A stretch of 59,357 nucleotides of DNA, filler included, from Sphacelaria rigidula (GCA_964200075.2; 9 parts of 9 records of this genome joined end to end with filler, not necessarily neighbours in it); one strand, 5' to 3'; shown: positions 1-13,500, counted from the whole stretch's first letter. Made by a program: numbers and translations. The notes: generated by a model not told the origin, from the letters alone.

Positions 1-405
1 CTAGCACGTTCCGTTTCTCCTTGTTTAGTTCACATTCTGCCACTATATAACTTCTGCTCTCTACTCCTTTGCCACAGGGGCAGTTCTGTCCCTCTACTCC
101 CTCCTCCTTTCGACGACTGGTATATAACTTTCTTCTTTCTGGCAGGTCCAGGTCCCCCACCCAAAATCGCGGTTGCATATTTTTCGCAGCGTCCGTTGGG
201 CCCTGCAAATACGCGTTCATCCCTTTCGCCGCTCTCAAGCACCCGTATATCTCCAGGTGTTCTCCCTCGTCTACTTTGCGTCTGAGCCCTCCTTTTCCCC
301 TTATTTATATCATATCTCTTACTTTTGCCTTGTGCACCGCGTCTTCATCTATGAACAGTATTTCGTCTTGGTTTTTTCTCATCTCCTTCGATACTTGCTC
401 GGCTT
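1..405 (-). mobile_element. Degenerate 3' fragment of non-LTR retrotransposon (LINE family B), ORF2 C-terminal region
   Basis: Colinear nucleotide similarity to 7485-7880. Translates to EHLEIYGCLR...YLQGPTDAAK...VGDLDLPERRK and CPCGKGVESRSYIVAECE (degenerate LINE C-terminal Cys/His knuckle). Contains stops/frameshifts. A G-run (ggaggggggtg, ~408-418) lies at the 5' junction. Confidence 0.8.
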
Positions 406-2482
406 CTGGAGGGGGGTGTTGTGCTGTTCCGTCGTTCATAAGGTCATCCCGCTGGTTGTGTTTTCTGTCCTCGCTGTCATCTTCCAGCGTCATTCGACGT
501 TTCCGCTGGCTTCATGTACCTAACTGCCGTCTCTGCTGTGCTCGTGTTCCTTGTTTTTGCTTCCTTCAGCACCCAATGCATGTTCTGCGCCTGCGACATT
601 CCTCGGTCCAAGTACTCGGCGCACATGCTCAGGTGTAAGAGTCTCCGGAAGACACGAACGGACAGATCGACTCGCAAGCCTGCTGCTCACTCTACGGATG
701 GCATTGCCGCAAGCAGTGCTACTGCCTGGAGGGGTCCAAGGTAACAGTGTGCATGATGACCCTTGGGAAGCCAGTACAAACGAGTCACGCCGCAGGTGGG
801 GGGGGGGGGGGGGGCACAAATTATTTCCAAAGGTTCGAGTTGTGGGGAGCGGCCCTTCACCAAATAAAAAAAACGACGGGTTGGGATTGGATATGTGACA
901 GCACGTCACGATTAGCACTTCCACATATCACATATCATGGCCTACAGTGGAAATATCGCGAACAAATTAAAGGGTGGGTGTCGTGACCTGTGGTCTTGTT
1001 GTGTAGCTTCTTGCCTTGGGGGCTCCTCAATGAGGAACGTCTGGGCCCACGTGTGCAACCCCTACTGCAGCACCGCAGAATGGCTCAAACGCACTTGTGA
1101 AGTTGACGAGAAGCTGAGGCCAAAAGCTGCCCGTGGACGAAATGACAAGACTACTACTAGTGTAATAGTATAATAGTATAATAGCATACTATCATATGAA
1201 CGATCTGCCAAGATTTTGTCGCGACATCGTAGAGAGCACAGAAAAACTCAACGTCTGCAAAATAGTTATCAGTCTTCATGGTGGATTGTTCGCATACAAT
1301 GACCACTTTCCACTCGGAAGCTCTGGAATTCGGTGGATATTGGTCATATAAATATAGCCTTAATCGGGAGTACTCCCCAAATCTGGGTTATCGGGGGAAT
1401 GCAGAACGTGAAAACTCGTTTATCGGGAGGGTACTACTAACCGCATGTTGGTCCAGGAAAATATTTTTTTCGGCTGTAGCGCGATCAATTTGTAGAAAAT
1501 TACTAGAGGAATGGATCGTGAGTGTGAGTATTAAACTCAACAATCGGGATCGCTTTGGTCGAGCGAAACTGTCAGGGCCACAACCTTGGCCTGAATGTTG
1601 ATAGGACCCCCGACATCCGGTTAGCCCGTCCGTCGTTGATAATGGACAAAAGAAACTGCTTTTCTTTCCGAGTTTTTCCCGCTTACTGGTTAAGATATCT
1701 CGATCCCGATTTTGTTGGCATCAAATGTTTATCGTGATGAGTCGTGGTGGCCTAGAAATAATAAACGCGAGACAAATATTTATTATTCCAACCGACAAAA
1801 TCTATGTTTGGACGAATGATGACTACTGTAGTGGAGCCGACGGACGGAAGCAAATATCGGAAGGGGAAGAGACGAACATGAAGAACGGCCCCCAACGACG
1901 TCGCAGGATATATATCATCATCCATGATTAATTAGGTGGCCCCCTCTATGTCATGGACTGAAAATATGTATACGCCCCATAGCGGACGTTGTGTACGGCG
2001 ATAAAAACCCCGAGCCTCGAACAGCCCGACTCATACAAACTCGAGCTCACACACCTTTTTATCAACAAAAAGGTCGTTGCCGCGGTGATACTATGTCATC
2101 CTCTGTGTGGGTCATGAGCAAAGACAGATATCGCACCGTACCGAAAGGTAGACGGCTGTAACCACCTCATGTCACCCCCCCCCCCTCATCCAACCCTGAT
2201 GATGTCGTCGTCGTCGTCGTCGTCGTCGTCCCCCCCTCCTATGTTTTTCTTGATTTCAGCAGCGGCATGATGAACAGAATTGCGACCGGCGAGAGAGTTC
2301 GCTGTCCGCACTGCATGAGACAATTTTCGCAAACTGCAGGCCCGGTGCACATCGCCATTTGTGCTAGGGTGGAGCACCGCCCCGACGCTCCCCGTGCGGT
2401 GTCGGCTTCCAAGGTGAAAACAAGAATGGTGTAAGGGTCGGACAAACAATGATTGGTCTGGAAATTACTTGATTTTAGTATT

Positions 2483-2925
2483 AGTCGACTCGTGATGAAT
2501 CAATCCCTAGGCTTCATTTCAGCGTTGCAACCCAGGTACACGCAGCCCAGGACACGTGGAATGGCGCAAAAGTTGTGTGGATACCCCTCGGACCAGCGGT
2601 CAACTTTTTTCTCCCTTTTGGGCAATCACGCCGAAGGAATCGTCAATTTGGTGATTCTGAGTTGTGATGATTCGTCCTAACTGTGAAATGGTTCGTCTGA
2701 ATGTCACTCTCTTGTAGTGTAATTGATTCGCACCGTACGAATGAGTCCTTGGGCTTTGTTATTCAGCGCTGCATCGCACCCTAGGTTACGTGGAATAGCG
2801 CAACGATTGCGTTCGAGTAGCGACTTTCTTGAACTGCGGTCGTTCTTTTTTGCTCGTCCAATTTCGAGCAATCAGGCCTCAAAATCAACAGATTTGGTGA
2901 TTCCAACCAGCGACGATTCATCCGA
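2483..2925 (+). repeat. Dispersed repeat family R1, two degenerate tandem copies (~2483-2680, ~2740-2925)
   Basis: agtcgactcgtga..caatccctaggc..cagcgttgcaacccaggtacacgcagcccag..gatgattcgtcc recurs at 30587-30783 (+) and ~58990-59150 (-). Confidence 0.8.
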
Positions 2926-3082
2926 TGCTTGGAATCTTTGTCCAGTAACGTGTAACGTGTATTCTCTTCGTCCGTGATTGCCGGTGTTCGTGGTGTTTCA
3001 TGTTTTCTCAGCCGGTCATACTTTTTGGTGATCATCCGTTGTAACGTAGCTCAATCATGCCATGACGTCCCGCAGTCGAGGT

Positions 3083-3120
<38 letters not shown>
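3083..3120. repeat. (GTA)n microsatellite
   Basis: About 12 perfect GTA units. Confidence 0.95.
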
Positions 3121-3121
<1 letters not shown>

Positions 3122-3160
3122 TGACACTAAGAGAGGTGGTGGCTCTCAAGATGACATGGC

Positions 3161-3471
3161 ATGCAACAACGTTTTCGTGAGATTGAGAATAGAGCGCTGA
3201 TTGAGAGTGGAATATGATCACTCGCTTTAAATTAGCCATTTTTTCATTCCGTGTGTGCTTTTTTTTGCCTATAGTACTTGCGTGAGTTCACGGCTTCACG
3301 TCGATATCCTACTCAGGGATATTAAGGGCCTCGGTGGCAAGCTACTACAGAAAGCATATCGAGCCTCGTGGAGGGGCATTTCGGAACTAAAACGATTCAT
3401 GTACTAATTGACCGCTTTGTACTCTCAATCGTATCCTCCACTCTCAATTTCACGAGAACACTGTTATGCAT
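3161..3471. mobile_element. Putative MITE with degenerate ~50-bp terminal inverted repeats
   Basis: Left atgcaacaacgttttcgtgagattgaga.. versus reverse complement of right end atgcataacagtgttctcgtgaaattgaga..; no clear TSD. Confidence 0.55.
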
Positions 3472-6400
3472 ATTACTGACGAAGCGCTAGAGCAGGAAAT
3501 CTTGGGCCTGCGGTCGTAAAGGGTTCGGATTTTTCTCAAGCCCTCCCGATCCTGAACGCTGTCGCCCTCGTTGTCGTCACTTACGATTCTGTCTCCGATG
3601 CAGGGTGCTGGCGCAGTCATTCAACCGCCCTTTTACTGAAGCTTCACGAGCCACGACTTGTAGAAGGATGTTCTTCGAAAAATACGGTCAACTCTGCAGT
3701 TTTTTTCGTTGCACCAGCACACGCGCCGGAGCAGCAACGCTCGTCGTATTTTTCCCGACAGTACTTGGAAATTCGCTGTGCACCAGGCAGTGGACAGGAA
3801 AGTTGTGCGTCAATCGCAGGCAGCACCGTTGAGTAAATTTCTCGCTGGAATCCCGCCAGACTGTGTTGGAGAGCGCCCCCCTCTGTTGTGGAAGCGAGGT
3901 GCGGCTTTGGTGTCTGCCGTTCTGGCTTGCTGTTGTTGCTAAGCCGGAGGCTGCCTTTCGAAATCCTCGGTTTCGGTGAGGAGAGAAGGGGCCTAGCGAA
4001 TCATGGGTAGTAGATAGCTTTAGCTTTAGCGAGACGAGTACTGGCACCATCCATGGTGAAGCTCTACCTTACCCCCCACAAGTTGTGCGTGGCGTCTACC
4101 GACCGCGGAAGGTCATTCCGACACATCCAAGACTTCGCTCCATTTTTTTCTCAGTCCGGTAGCGAGACAGTCCTGAGGTTTCATTAGCTGATTTTGCAAG
4201 CTCGCTGAAAAAAAATCATCATGTAGTATTATTCAAATTTCAAAAGGGACGCTTGTTTTGTTTTTCTCCTATCATAGCATCGACGTCGACCACTGCTTGG
4301 GATTGGGAAAAAAATGATGGCAAATGTGCGTTGAAAAACGCGTTGCTTTCTACTAGGCAAGGTACATTCAGATAGTGCTGTTTTTTTTTTTTTTTCATTT
4401 TGTGGAGGCTCACGAGACGCGTGCTGCCCGCAGCTGCCGCACCGTTCGTCATGCAAGTGGAGGGTATGTGATGTTTCCGTATCGTTCTTGTTGTAGTCCG
4501 TGTATGTCCAGGAGTGTGTGTGTGCTGGGGGAATGATGGTGAGAAGCAGGCGCGTTCTGGTTGTGCCGTGATGGGTGTGCGATTGCGCAGAGCAATGCCG
4601 TACTTGTGATTTTTTTCTCTCACACACTGTTTCGGTGAAGATCATACAGAATGCAGTCTGCACGAGACCGCTGTATACAAAACGTAGTCAATGGGCACCG
4701 TTCAAATCCAGGGGCTGAGTCGGTGTTGATGTTGATTATACAGTGTACAGTAGCTTGGATGACAGGGTGTGATGGTCGTATTCTAGATTATAGGTGAAAC
4801 GTGTTTTTATTCGTGGTTCGGATGCACAGCGACCCTTTTACCGCCTCTGCGTTTTTTTGCTGTGCTGTACAACCATCTCACAACTACATAGTACAGCGAG
4901 GGGTAAGATGCAAACGGTGCCATCTTTCAATATGTGAGTGTTTTACTCTGGGGAACGGCTGCTTTGGCACGCTCTCGGGGGCGGGGGTGAGGATGGGAAG
5001 TGATGGCGTGCATATGCTTGCAGACATTCCATCAACTTCGTGCACCACCATGTTGGGACGATTTTTGGGTGTTGTAAATTGCACAGGGGGTGAATTTGGG
5101 GTTGATAGTGATGGTTCATAGAGAGTGCGTAGAGAAAGGGGGGGGAAGTGGCACGCAGGTTTCTGACTGGCCCAAAAAAACGGGAAATTGAATTGACGTC
5201 ATTTATGTCCCGAAGTTGTCTCCCCGGTCGATAGTGCTTTGGTGTATCTTATAGGGGTACGGCATGTTCCCGGAGAGTAGCCCGCGTCAGCGGTGTTTTT
5301 TGCCACATTGTCCCGTGGAGATATCAGGTTTCTCTTTTCACTAGTTGGGTGGTGGTGGGCGGGGGGTTACGGGACCGACGTCTCGTTCGGAGGTTGCTAC
5401 GTGGATCCTTGTTTCCCACGATGGTGGGCGTCATGAATCTGACTCTCCGTCGTTCTTGCGTACTCATTCGGCACAATACCTTTACCATACGAGATTTTCG
5501 AGTCGGCGAGGTGTTGTTGGTGCCGTGTTGGGGCACACAGTACAGACAGTATATGCGAATGGACGGGTTTTTCGTGACTATGAGTTGGCGACCGGCTTGT
5601 CATCCTTCGTCTCTTCGCACGTGGGCAGTGCGCTTGGTTCCATCTCGGTGAGTGAATGATAGTGAAAGAAAATGTATGATAACACTGTTACTAGTTCTAG
5701 CTGCCCAAGGTACGGCTGGTGGCATTCCAAAAGAGGACGCGAATGGCGGGATGCCTGCACCCATTTATACCGCCATGCACAGCAGTTTGCCGTGCCTTCA
5801 TGTGGGGTATGGTCAAGATGACCTCGACAGGCAGGTCCCGCACGACACGAGCAATAAAAAATTACGGCGATCAGGGAAGCTACAGTATTCACCAGGAATA
5901 GCATATGCACATCTTAATCTTCCGTGTGTTGAATGATGAGATACGCGTGATAACGGACTTATTTTGCGTTTTCTTCCACGGCCGAAGACCTCGTGGGGAG
6001 TAGCAGGGGGAAAAAAGCGAAGCCGCCCCCCCAAGATCAATTTGGAAAGAGTTTTCCCCTGGTTTGCGTGCGAAATGTTGGTGCGATAGAATGTGAATTA
6101 TTTCCGATATAGAGCGAATTTATATGTGCGTGAGAAGGCGATTCCTCGACACACACTTGAGGGAATTTTCCCCGGTCTAGGTGGCGGTCGGTACCCACAT
6201 GTGAACCGTTCACCATTATCGATGGGGGGAAAATCCTATACAGACAGTAGAGCTTGCGGATGGAAGTTCATATGGAGATGAATGTATAGCGTGGTTCTCG
6301 AGCAGCTGAGTTGCAACCCGCGTCCGCGATCCCTTCTTTTTTTTCTTCACTTCGCCGTGCTGTTTAGACTGTTCTTGTACAACCTCCCCACCAGAAGCCA

Positions 6401-6507
6401 CGTGACAGCGGCCGGTCATCGTGTACGTCTCTGTGTGTGTGTTGTGTGTTGTCGTCCCATTTTATTCTGGGCACCAGTCTACACCTTTCGGTGTATGTGG
6501 GTGAACC

Positions 6508-6607
6508 NNNNNNNNNNNNNNNNNNNNNNNNNNNNNNNNNNNNNNNNNNNNTTAATTAATTAANNNNNNNNNNNNNNNNNNNNNNNNNNNNNNNNNNNNN
6601 NNNNNNN
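6508..6607. other. Artificial contig linker N44-TTAATTAATTAA-N44 (also 13115-13214, 19722-19821, 26328-26427, 32934-33033, 39540-39639, 46146-46245, 52752-52851)
   Basis: Eight identical 100-bp spacers with stops in all six frames; intervening contigs are 6506-6507 bp in non-increasing length order. Confidence 0.98.
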
Positions 6608-7123
6608 GGGCTCGGACAGCCTTGAGGAAGCGGAGAAGGCGAACCCATCCCCAACAGGGAATACAAAGGTGAGCAAGGGATGGTGCGTGGGCTGGGATGA
6701 TGCTGAAATGACTGCGGTAGAGTCACAGACATGTCTGTGATGTATGTTTATGCCAACGCGACCCATTGTTCAGTCGACATTCATGTATGGATACTCGCGC
6801 AGTTAATACCCCTAATTGGTCTGAAGGAAAATGGTCAAGGCGCACGTGTCACAGGTTGCGATGTATCCCCCTGCAAGTGATACCCGCAATAAAGATGAAA
6901 TTACGGAGAATGATAATATGTACAACATTCTCCAAGAATGCCCGCCATCTCGGCGATTCGGCGTCGATTTTAGCCAGGAACAAGGGAGGATTAGCGGATG
7001 GTGCCCCCTCTGAGAGACTTGTCGTACTTTTCAAGAGGAATCCCGTGCACTTCTTTAATCTTCCACACGTCTAGTTTGACTTCCGGTCGGACTGGCAATA
7101 CTTCACACGAAGTCATACAACTT

Positions 7124-7175
7124 GGGGTGTACTCATGATCCTGCATGCCATAGTCATATGACCGTTGACCTCGCA
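7124..7175 (-). mobile_element. Family A retroelement, extreme 3' end (~50 nt), flanked by TSD caacttgggg
   Basis: tgtactcatgatcctgcatgccatagtcatatgaccgttgacctcgca matches other family A copies; caacttgggg at 7118-7127 and 7174-7183. Confidence 0.85.
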
Positions 7176-7179
7176 ACTT

Positions 7180-8512
7180 GGGGGGGAGGGCGGGGGTGGG
7201 CGTACTCGTCTGTTGCTTGCCTTAGTCGTTTAACCAATGACCACGCATCCCTTTCGAGACGGAGCACCGTTCCTACTCCTCATGGAGACACCTCCAACAT
7301 TTTGGCGTCCACTATACGTATCTTCCTTACTCTACACACAAGAGGGTTGTGCATATCTTATCCCCTTCCTGTGTCGCCGTCTGTGACCACCATCTATCTC
7401 CTGGTATTGCCATCGCTTCTTCGCTACTGTCTGATGCACCAATGATTTCATGCCACCTTGGTTTACTTCCCACATTTCCCCCTCTAACACGTCCCGTTCC
7501 TCGTTGAATAGTTCACGGTCCGTCACTGTATGAGTTCTACTATATAGTGCTTGACCACAGGGGCAATTCTGTGAATTTACTTTCTCCAGCGATTTCTCTC
7601 TTCGTTTTTCTGGCTGGTCCAGGTTCTCCACCCGAATTGGCAGTTTCAATTTTTTCGCGGAGTTGATTAGGCCATGCAGATACGTTTTCATCTCTACTCC
7701 CTCTCTCAACCGTCCGTATATCTCCAGGTGCTCCTCTTCGTATGCTTTCCGTCTCAGCGCTTCTTCTCCCCTTATTTCTATCATGTTTCTTACTTTTTTC
7801 TTGTACCCCCCGCATTCACCTATGGACACCATCTCGTCTTGGTTCCTCCCTACGTTCTCCCGTACTTTTCGACACCTCTATCCCACCTTATTCCAGCCCG
7901 TCCTTTCGTCACTTTCTTCCATGCAGCCCTATCGACCATGGCTGGCAATCTCGACCTTGGCATGCCCCTTACGCTATTTTGCCATCTCAATTTCTCTATG
8001 TCCCTGTTAGTTTCAAGTGGGTACATTCCCAATTCTGCTCTCATTGCTGTATTACTCGTCGTTTGTGAGCACCGAAGCATTTTCTTCGCTGCTGTCATCG
8101 GTACTGTTCCCAGCTTCTTCATCAACTTTTCATTCCCCTCCTATACTTCTCCATGTTCTAGCATCGGTATAGTCACGTTCATCATAATAAACGTGTTAAT
8201 CTTAGCATCTAGGTGAGAGTCTCTTGGGATCACGTCCATCTTGCCAATCTGTGCCTTACCCTTCTATATTATTGTATCCATGTTTTCATCCCAAGAGCAG
8301 CTTTTGAGATCTCTATGCCAAGGTATGTATCCCAGTGTACGATCGACAGTTCTTCTTCTCTCCACTTTCATTTTAACACTTCTGGGTTTTCGTTCTCTTT
8401 GATACATGCAAGTACCGCGCATTTGTTTACGTCAGTGGTCACTCTCAATTTCCTATTGTACTCTAGTGCCTTCCCTAGTTGTCCCTACACTCCTTCTGGT
8501 GTTTCTGATATC
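7180..8512 (-). mobile_element. 5'-truncated degenerate LINE (family B): RT C-terminal/thumb region to 3' end, followed by a C-rich tract
   Basis: Broken ORFs 7850-8125 (TAAKKMLRCSQTTSNTAMRAELGMYPL) and 7332-7832 (EHLEIYGRLREG..CPCGQALYSRTH) resemble LINE ORF2 C-termini. Ends GAGTACG then CCCACCCCCGCCCTCCCCCCC. Confidence 0.85.
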
Positions 8513-9301
8513 CCCAAATTTGGGGAGCGAAGACAATTGGGTTGTCAGGAACAATACATGTTTGCAACAAGACAGTGGAAAACGTTTTGGGGAGAAATCC
8601 CGTCCTCACGACATTCATAATCGCCCTCCAACCGTCATAATTTCGTGATGACATTACAAAAAACGAAGTCTGAACATCCTTCGAGTTCTTCCAACAATGT
8701 CAGAGAAACCCAAGAGAACGTTTTGATCATTTTCCCCCTTGAGAAGTCGCTGGTCTGATCAAGAAGCGCCTAGCTGGGCATATGAAGTACCAGAAAAACA
8801 CTGTGGAACCTTCCCACAGAGTACAACGTATCTCTCCGACAAGGGACAATCAGACAAGCTCTCTCTTCCGCAGGAAATCGACACCGACCCGCCAGCATAG
8901 GCATTCTTCCGAAAAAGTGTTTTTTTCCAGTCAAAAATCACTACGCAACAAAGCTTGCTCTGCAATATTGCAGTGGGGAGGTGGCAGCGGCATGAGCTAT
9001 AGACAACACGCTTCGAAATGATTTGAGGTCAGGAAGCAGGGAGTATGCTGCCGTTCGAAGAATATCAGACGTTCGGTGAAGCCGAAAGAGTGAGATGCAT
9101 ACAGCAACTCAATGGCCCTCGTTCAACACGGATAGAGAATGACAACTGTGTGTTGGGCACCTTCCTGTAGACTAGTTGGGGCTAACTAATCTACTGCATG
9201 GGCATTCATGCATGAACGTTGACTCAGCAATGGGTTGCATTGGCATAAACGCACAACGCGGACATCCTTACAACCCCGCCGCAGCAATCAGCAGCATCAC
9301 C

Positions 9302-9809
9302 TCACGTCAAGCACTATCCTCCGCTCACCTTTGCACCCCCTGTCGGCGGTGGATTCGTCTTCCACGCCTGGAGGCTGTCCTACCCCTCCCCCGCGTCCAC
9401 CCCCGTTGGTGCTGTTGCTGTTGCTGTTGCTGTTGCTATTGCTGTTGCTATTTCTGTCGTCACTGTCGTTGCTACTGCTGCTGTTCTTGTCAGCATCTCC
9501 CCCTCCGAGCGCTGCTTCGACGGCTGCTGCTGCACGGGGAGGGCTGTCACCGCATGCCCGGTTCCTCGAGCCTGCATTCGCCAGACTGACGGGAGGGCTA
9601 TGGGCTTCACTCGGCGAAGGGTTTCCCCCATTCCTGCGCCCCCGCTTGATGCTGGCGGAGGCGCGTGCAGCGTTGTTCGAACGGTCGGATTTCGGAGTGT
9701 CTGAACCTCGGGCGCGTTTCCCCGTGAACGTTCCTCCCATGGTGGCCATGGTGTCATCTGGGCCGGTGATGCTGGCGATGTCCCGCATTATTTCATCGTT
9801 AGTAGCCAT
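9302..9809 (-). CDS. Possible first coding exon of an unknown low-complexity protein (MATNDEIMRDIASITG...)
   Basis: Inside a 245-codon open frame; gccaaaATGg start context; Ser/Gly/Asn-rich; candidate GT donors near 9300-9306; no recognised domain. Confidence 0.35.
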
Positions 9810-10424
9810 TTTGGCGTGCATGAATACTGAGAGGGACGATCGGAGGCGGGGGATATACGTTGGGGTAACGGTTAAGATAAGTGATGATGCGATGCTAACG
9901 AGTTCGATGGTATTCCAAGATATCACCGTCCGCTCACCGTTAGACAGAAAACACTCAGTTCTTGTTTCTACCGTGAATTCGCCATTCGAGTAGTCGTGTG
10001 TCGGGGTGTCACATCTGGGCCTGCACACGATCAAACCGACATGGTGTAAGGGGCTGCAGATAGTGTACCGGGCAATGCTCCTCTAAAAGCAGCATGGAGG
10101 CGAAATCAATAGCAAAAAGGTGTGTGGATTCAAAAGTAGCTCGAGGGTCCTTCTAAACGACAGTATGTGTGGGTCTCCCTGAATTCCTACTCCCCTCTAC
10201 TGTTTTCGACTAGTTTTCGAAACGTGAAAATGGACTCGACTGTGATTTTCAATGTTTCCTCTCGCCGTGTCTCGCTTGTCTTATGGCACAACTGACGCGA
10301 TTAGGGGAGGGTAAACATAAACTCGACTCTCGCCAGATGCGTCTAGTTAGGCTTTCCCCCCGGACGTGTCTGACTTCCGTTTCCGAGAGGGTGAGGATGC
10401 AAGTAGCCAATAAGATTATGTTTT

Positions 10425-10570
10425 CTTTGGCTGAGTTTGTTGGACGATAGCTGACGCGGTGCGGGAGTGCTGATCTGATTCGCGACACTCAAATGTGAGG
10501 AGGGCGAGTACCGGGGGAGAGATGAGTTGATTCCATGAGACCACAGAGTCGTCCCGAGGAAGGGGAGGGG
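10425..10570 (+). repeat. Dispersed repeat family R2 (also ~13480-13550 +, ~16187-16330 -)
   Basis: ttggctgagtttgtt..gggagtg/ttccgatc..cgcga..caaaatg shared between three sites on two contigs. Confidence 0.65.
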
Positions 10571-13500
10571 TTAAGTGAGAACAACACAAAAACAAAGCAT
10601 CGGCGAAGTGCACTTGCGATGATTTCGGGGTTCCTCGGTTGTCCTGACGTTGCCTCAACCCGTGGCGGTTCAATCGAAATTGTATACAGCGGCCCGAACA
10701 AGGCCCTGTAGAGCAAAAAGAGACTATTGCTGTTGCCTCATGTCCGCAGATTCGCCCTACGCCTCTAGTAAATAGGCCTTGTTTCCACGCTCTTCATCCA
10801 GGGCACGGAACGTATCGTGTAGTTTTAGTGTGACGCTTTGGTATAAATTCGGTGGCGGCAGCAATTTACGCGGCCTGTCACCACAGGAATACTCTTGCTT
10901 CTAACGTAATTGGTGAGCTAAACCAATAGGACCTACGGCAACTAGCACCGCAAGAGAGCTATTCGATCACCATGAGCTCCAGTGCCAACTGGATTGTCTC
11001 TCACCATCTTCACTGAATCGCCCGTGGGTCGAGCCACGCTCCACTACATCCAGATCGTCCTTGCCGAACCTGAGCCTTTCTCCACAGCTGCGGGTTTGCC
11101 TAACCTCCCCGCATATTGCTTTCTCGCGATCTAATTCAGAAGGAGGACGCGAGTGAAAGTGGGTTGGAATAAAGAAATGTGAAAGGAGATGCTCGCGAAG
11201 TAGCAACGTGTCGTCTTGAGCCACTACTGTGCCTTTGATATGGGGTCCGACACTGAAATTTATAGCACAATGAGGGCCGCTGGCGCCGACTGGGAATCGT
11301 TGATCAGCCCACGTTGTTCACGGCGTTTTTGCAAATTGATGCAAGGCTTCCCATGATCCTTCGAAATCTCACACGACATCGAATTCTGCCCAATCAATCC
11401 TCCGACGTCGCTGATTCTCCGGCGTTTGCTCGCCCCTTGCTCTCCGTCCCGTCCCACCTGTGCGGCAGGAGAATGCAATACACGCGAGGTAAAGTGTTTT
11501 GCTGATACCACCCGTGGATAGGTGTTTGGTACCACGATAACGTTGACTACCGCGGCGCAGCGCACAATTACTGAGACAGCTGGACGGCAATCGCAGCGTT
11601 GATGACCCAACAGCTTCGAATCTAAACAGGTGCCGCGTGGTCGCTATGCGCAACATGCACAAGATGCTGAAGTCTTCGCGGGTAATTGGTGGAAAATTGA
11701 ATACGTGAAAGCCATATTTTCGGTTCACCCCTGCCTGGTGCGTGATAATACTACTGTGAACACATAGTCATTACAGTATATCCTGGCCTCGCTATGAAAG
11801 ACCTTTCTCAAGCCACTCGATTTTCAAACCGCTGTTCATTCCTACAGCACACCCTGACTTCTAACAGAGCTGATCACCCCGTAGTTTCCATCCCTCGACA
11901 TAAACACGCGTGAAAATATCCCACAGAGTAGACCAGGTATGACGCAGTCCTTCTACACAGTCAAACAGCCCTATAATCATCCTTACATCCTGGTCGTTGT
12001 CCTCCATGACCATATTTTCATGGACAGCCCACAGCGTCTCCACCTGGGATGGAGGCAGCGATCAGACAGGGCAAACACTCAACGGAGTAGTGCGACGATG
12101 GGGCATCTATCCGACGAGCTACAGCGTGGAAACGAACACTCAGGAAAGTTTCTCTAGCATCCCTGGTATTGCTTGAAACCCCGTGCCGTTTTGGTAACGC
12201 GGTTCCACGGATCATACAACTACGCAGGCAGGGTACGAGAGCAACACTTGACTACGGAGAGGGGATCAACATTGTTCATGGGTCCTGGCGGTTGAATTGA
12301 CACTACCCTCAGTTATTGAATGACCCAGGGAGTAGCAGCGAGACCAAGGCTGGAGGCGCATGACGAATGAGGGCTATGGGCGCTGGTGATGGATGACTCG
12401 AGGAGTATGTTCAACACATAGATAAGTGCTTGGACACACGCATCAAGCGTTGTAAGCCCTGGAGTATATAAATCCGTTTACCGAAGTCTTCATGACAATA
12501 TGCGTGGTGACATTTGTGACGCCGTAGGACGTCACATTAATAACGTTGCCTGCTCCTATTTCACATCTCTTTGATACTACAAAAGTATATGATGCCACGA
12601 ATATGTGTGTTTCCTGGGCATGTTGTATAATGATGAGCGCTCGACTCTAATGGTGAACCCCAGCTTTAGCTACCTACATCGACTACAGTACATTTACACA
12701 CATCTATACAATGTAGCATGTCGTGCTACACACCTGTCGAATTGCGTTCCTCTCATTCTCTCGTAGTCTTCGTTCGTGAGCCTCTTCTGCTTGAGCCGCT
12801 GCCCTCTGCATGGCGGGGTGCAACCCGACTCTGCCATTCAGCATACCAACCGTGTGTTCATATGAGGGAGGGGGGAGGTGCTGTTCGGCGATCTACTTGA
12901 TGTATTACGTGTACAAGAAAATGCAGGCTTTCGAGATAGTCGTGAGAACGTTCAGCCCACAGTTCCGTCGGGTGGTACTTGATGTGTGATCAGTACATGA
13001 GCGTACACCAGTGACAACCTTCCGGTGGACAGTGCCCAAGATTGGGGGAGGGGGGGGGGGGGGGGAGCCGCAGCGGGGCTTAGTTGGGGCTGCGTCGATA
13101 AGTCCCAGTTGAGANNNNNNNNNNNNNNNNNNNNNNNNNNNNNNNNNNNNNNNNNNNNTTAATTAATTAANNNNNNNNNNNNNNNNNNNNNNNNNNNNNN
13201 NNNNNNNNNNNNNNCTCAACTAGTAGAGCAAGTCATTCCCAGGTGTCGAACTCCGCCTAGCTCTCTTTTGGGGCGTAAAACGACATCGAAGCTCCAAAAA
13301 GACACTTGTTCAGATTTTTAATTTTGTCTATTATAAGAAGCGGCCTAAGGCAGGGAAACACAGGTTCGATTCCCGCCATAGGCGTCTTTTATAGCTTGGC
13401 CTTTTGCCTCAAAATTATCAAAATTATCTGATTTTTCCATGGTTGACAGCGTGAGGACGTGAGTAGCAAAAGTAGTCTCTTGGCTGAGTTTGTTAGGTGT

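Noticed and set aside
6552..6563. TTAATTAATTAA as a biological motif
   Set aside because: Always centred in an N44 spacer; an artificial six-frame stop linker
7128..7175. Resemblance to the 18S rRNA 5' end (gatcctg..tagtcatatg)
   Set aside because: Similarity is short, does not continue, and the sequence is a variant of the family A 3' end
8860..8975. hAT dimerisation-domain remnant (SSEKVFFSS..LRNK)
   Set aside because: Too few matching residues to separate from chance
9235..9993. 252-aa plus-strand ORF with poly-Leu
   Set aside because: Likely antisense shadow of the minus-strand low-complexity frame; the poly-Leu derives from a TTGCTG repeat
10960..12250. Decayed coding region on the minus strand
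   Set aside because: Several short ORFs but no motif I can assign
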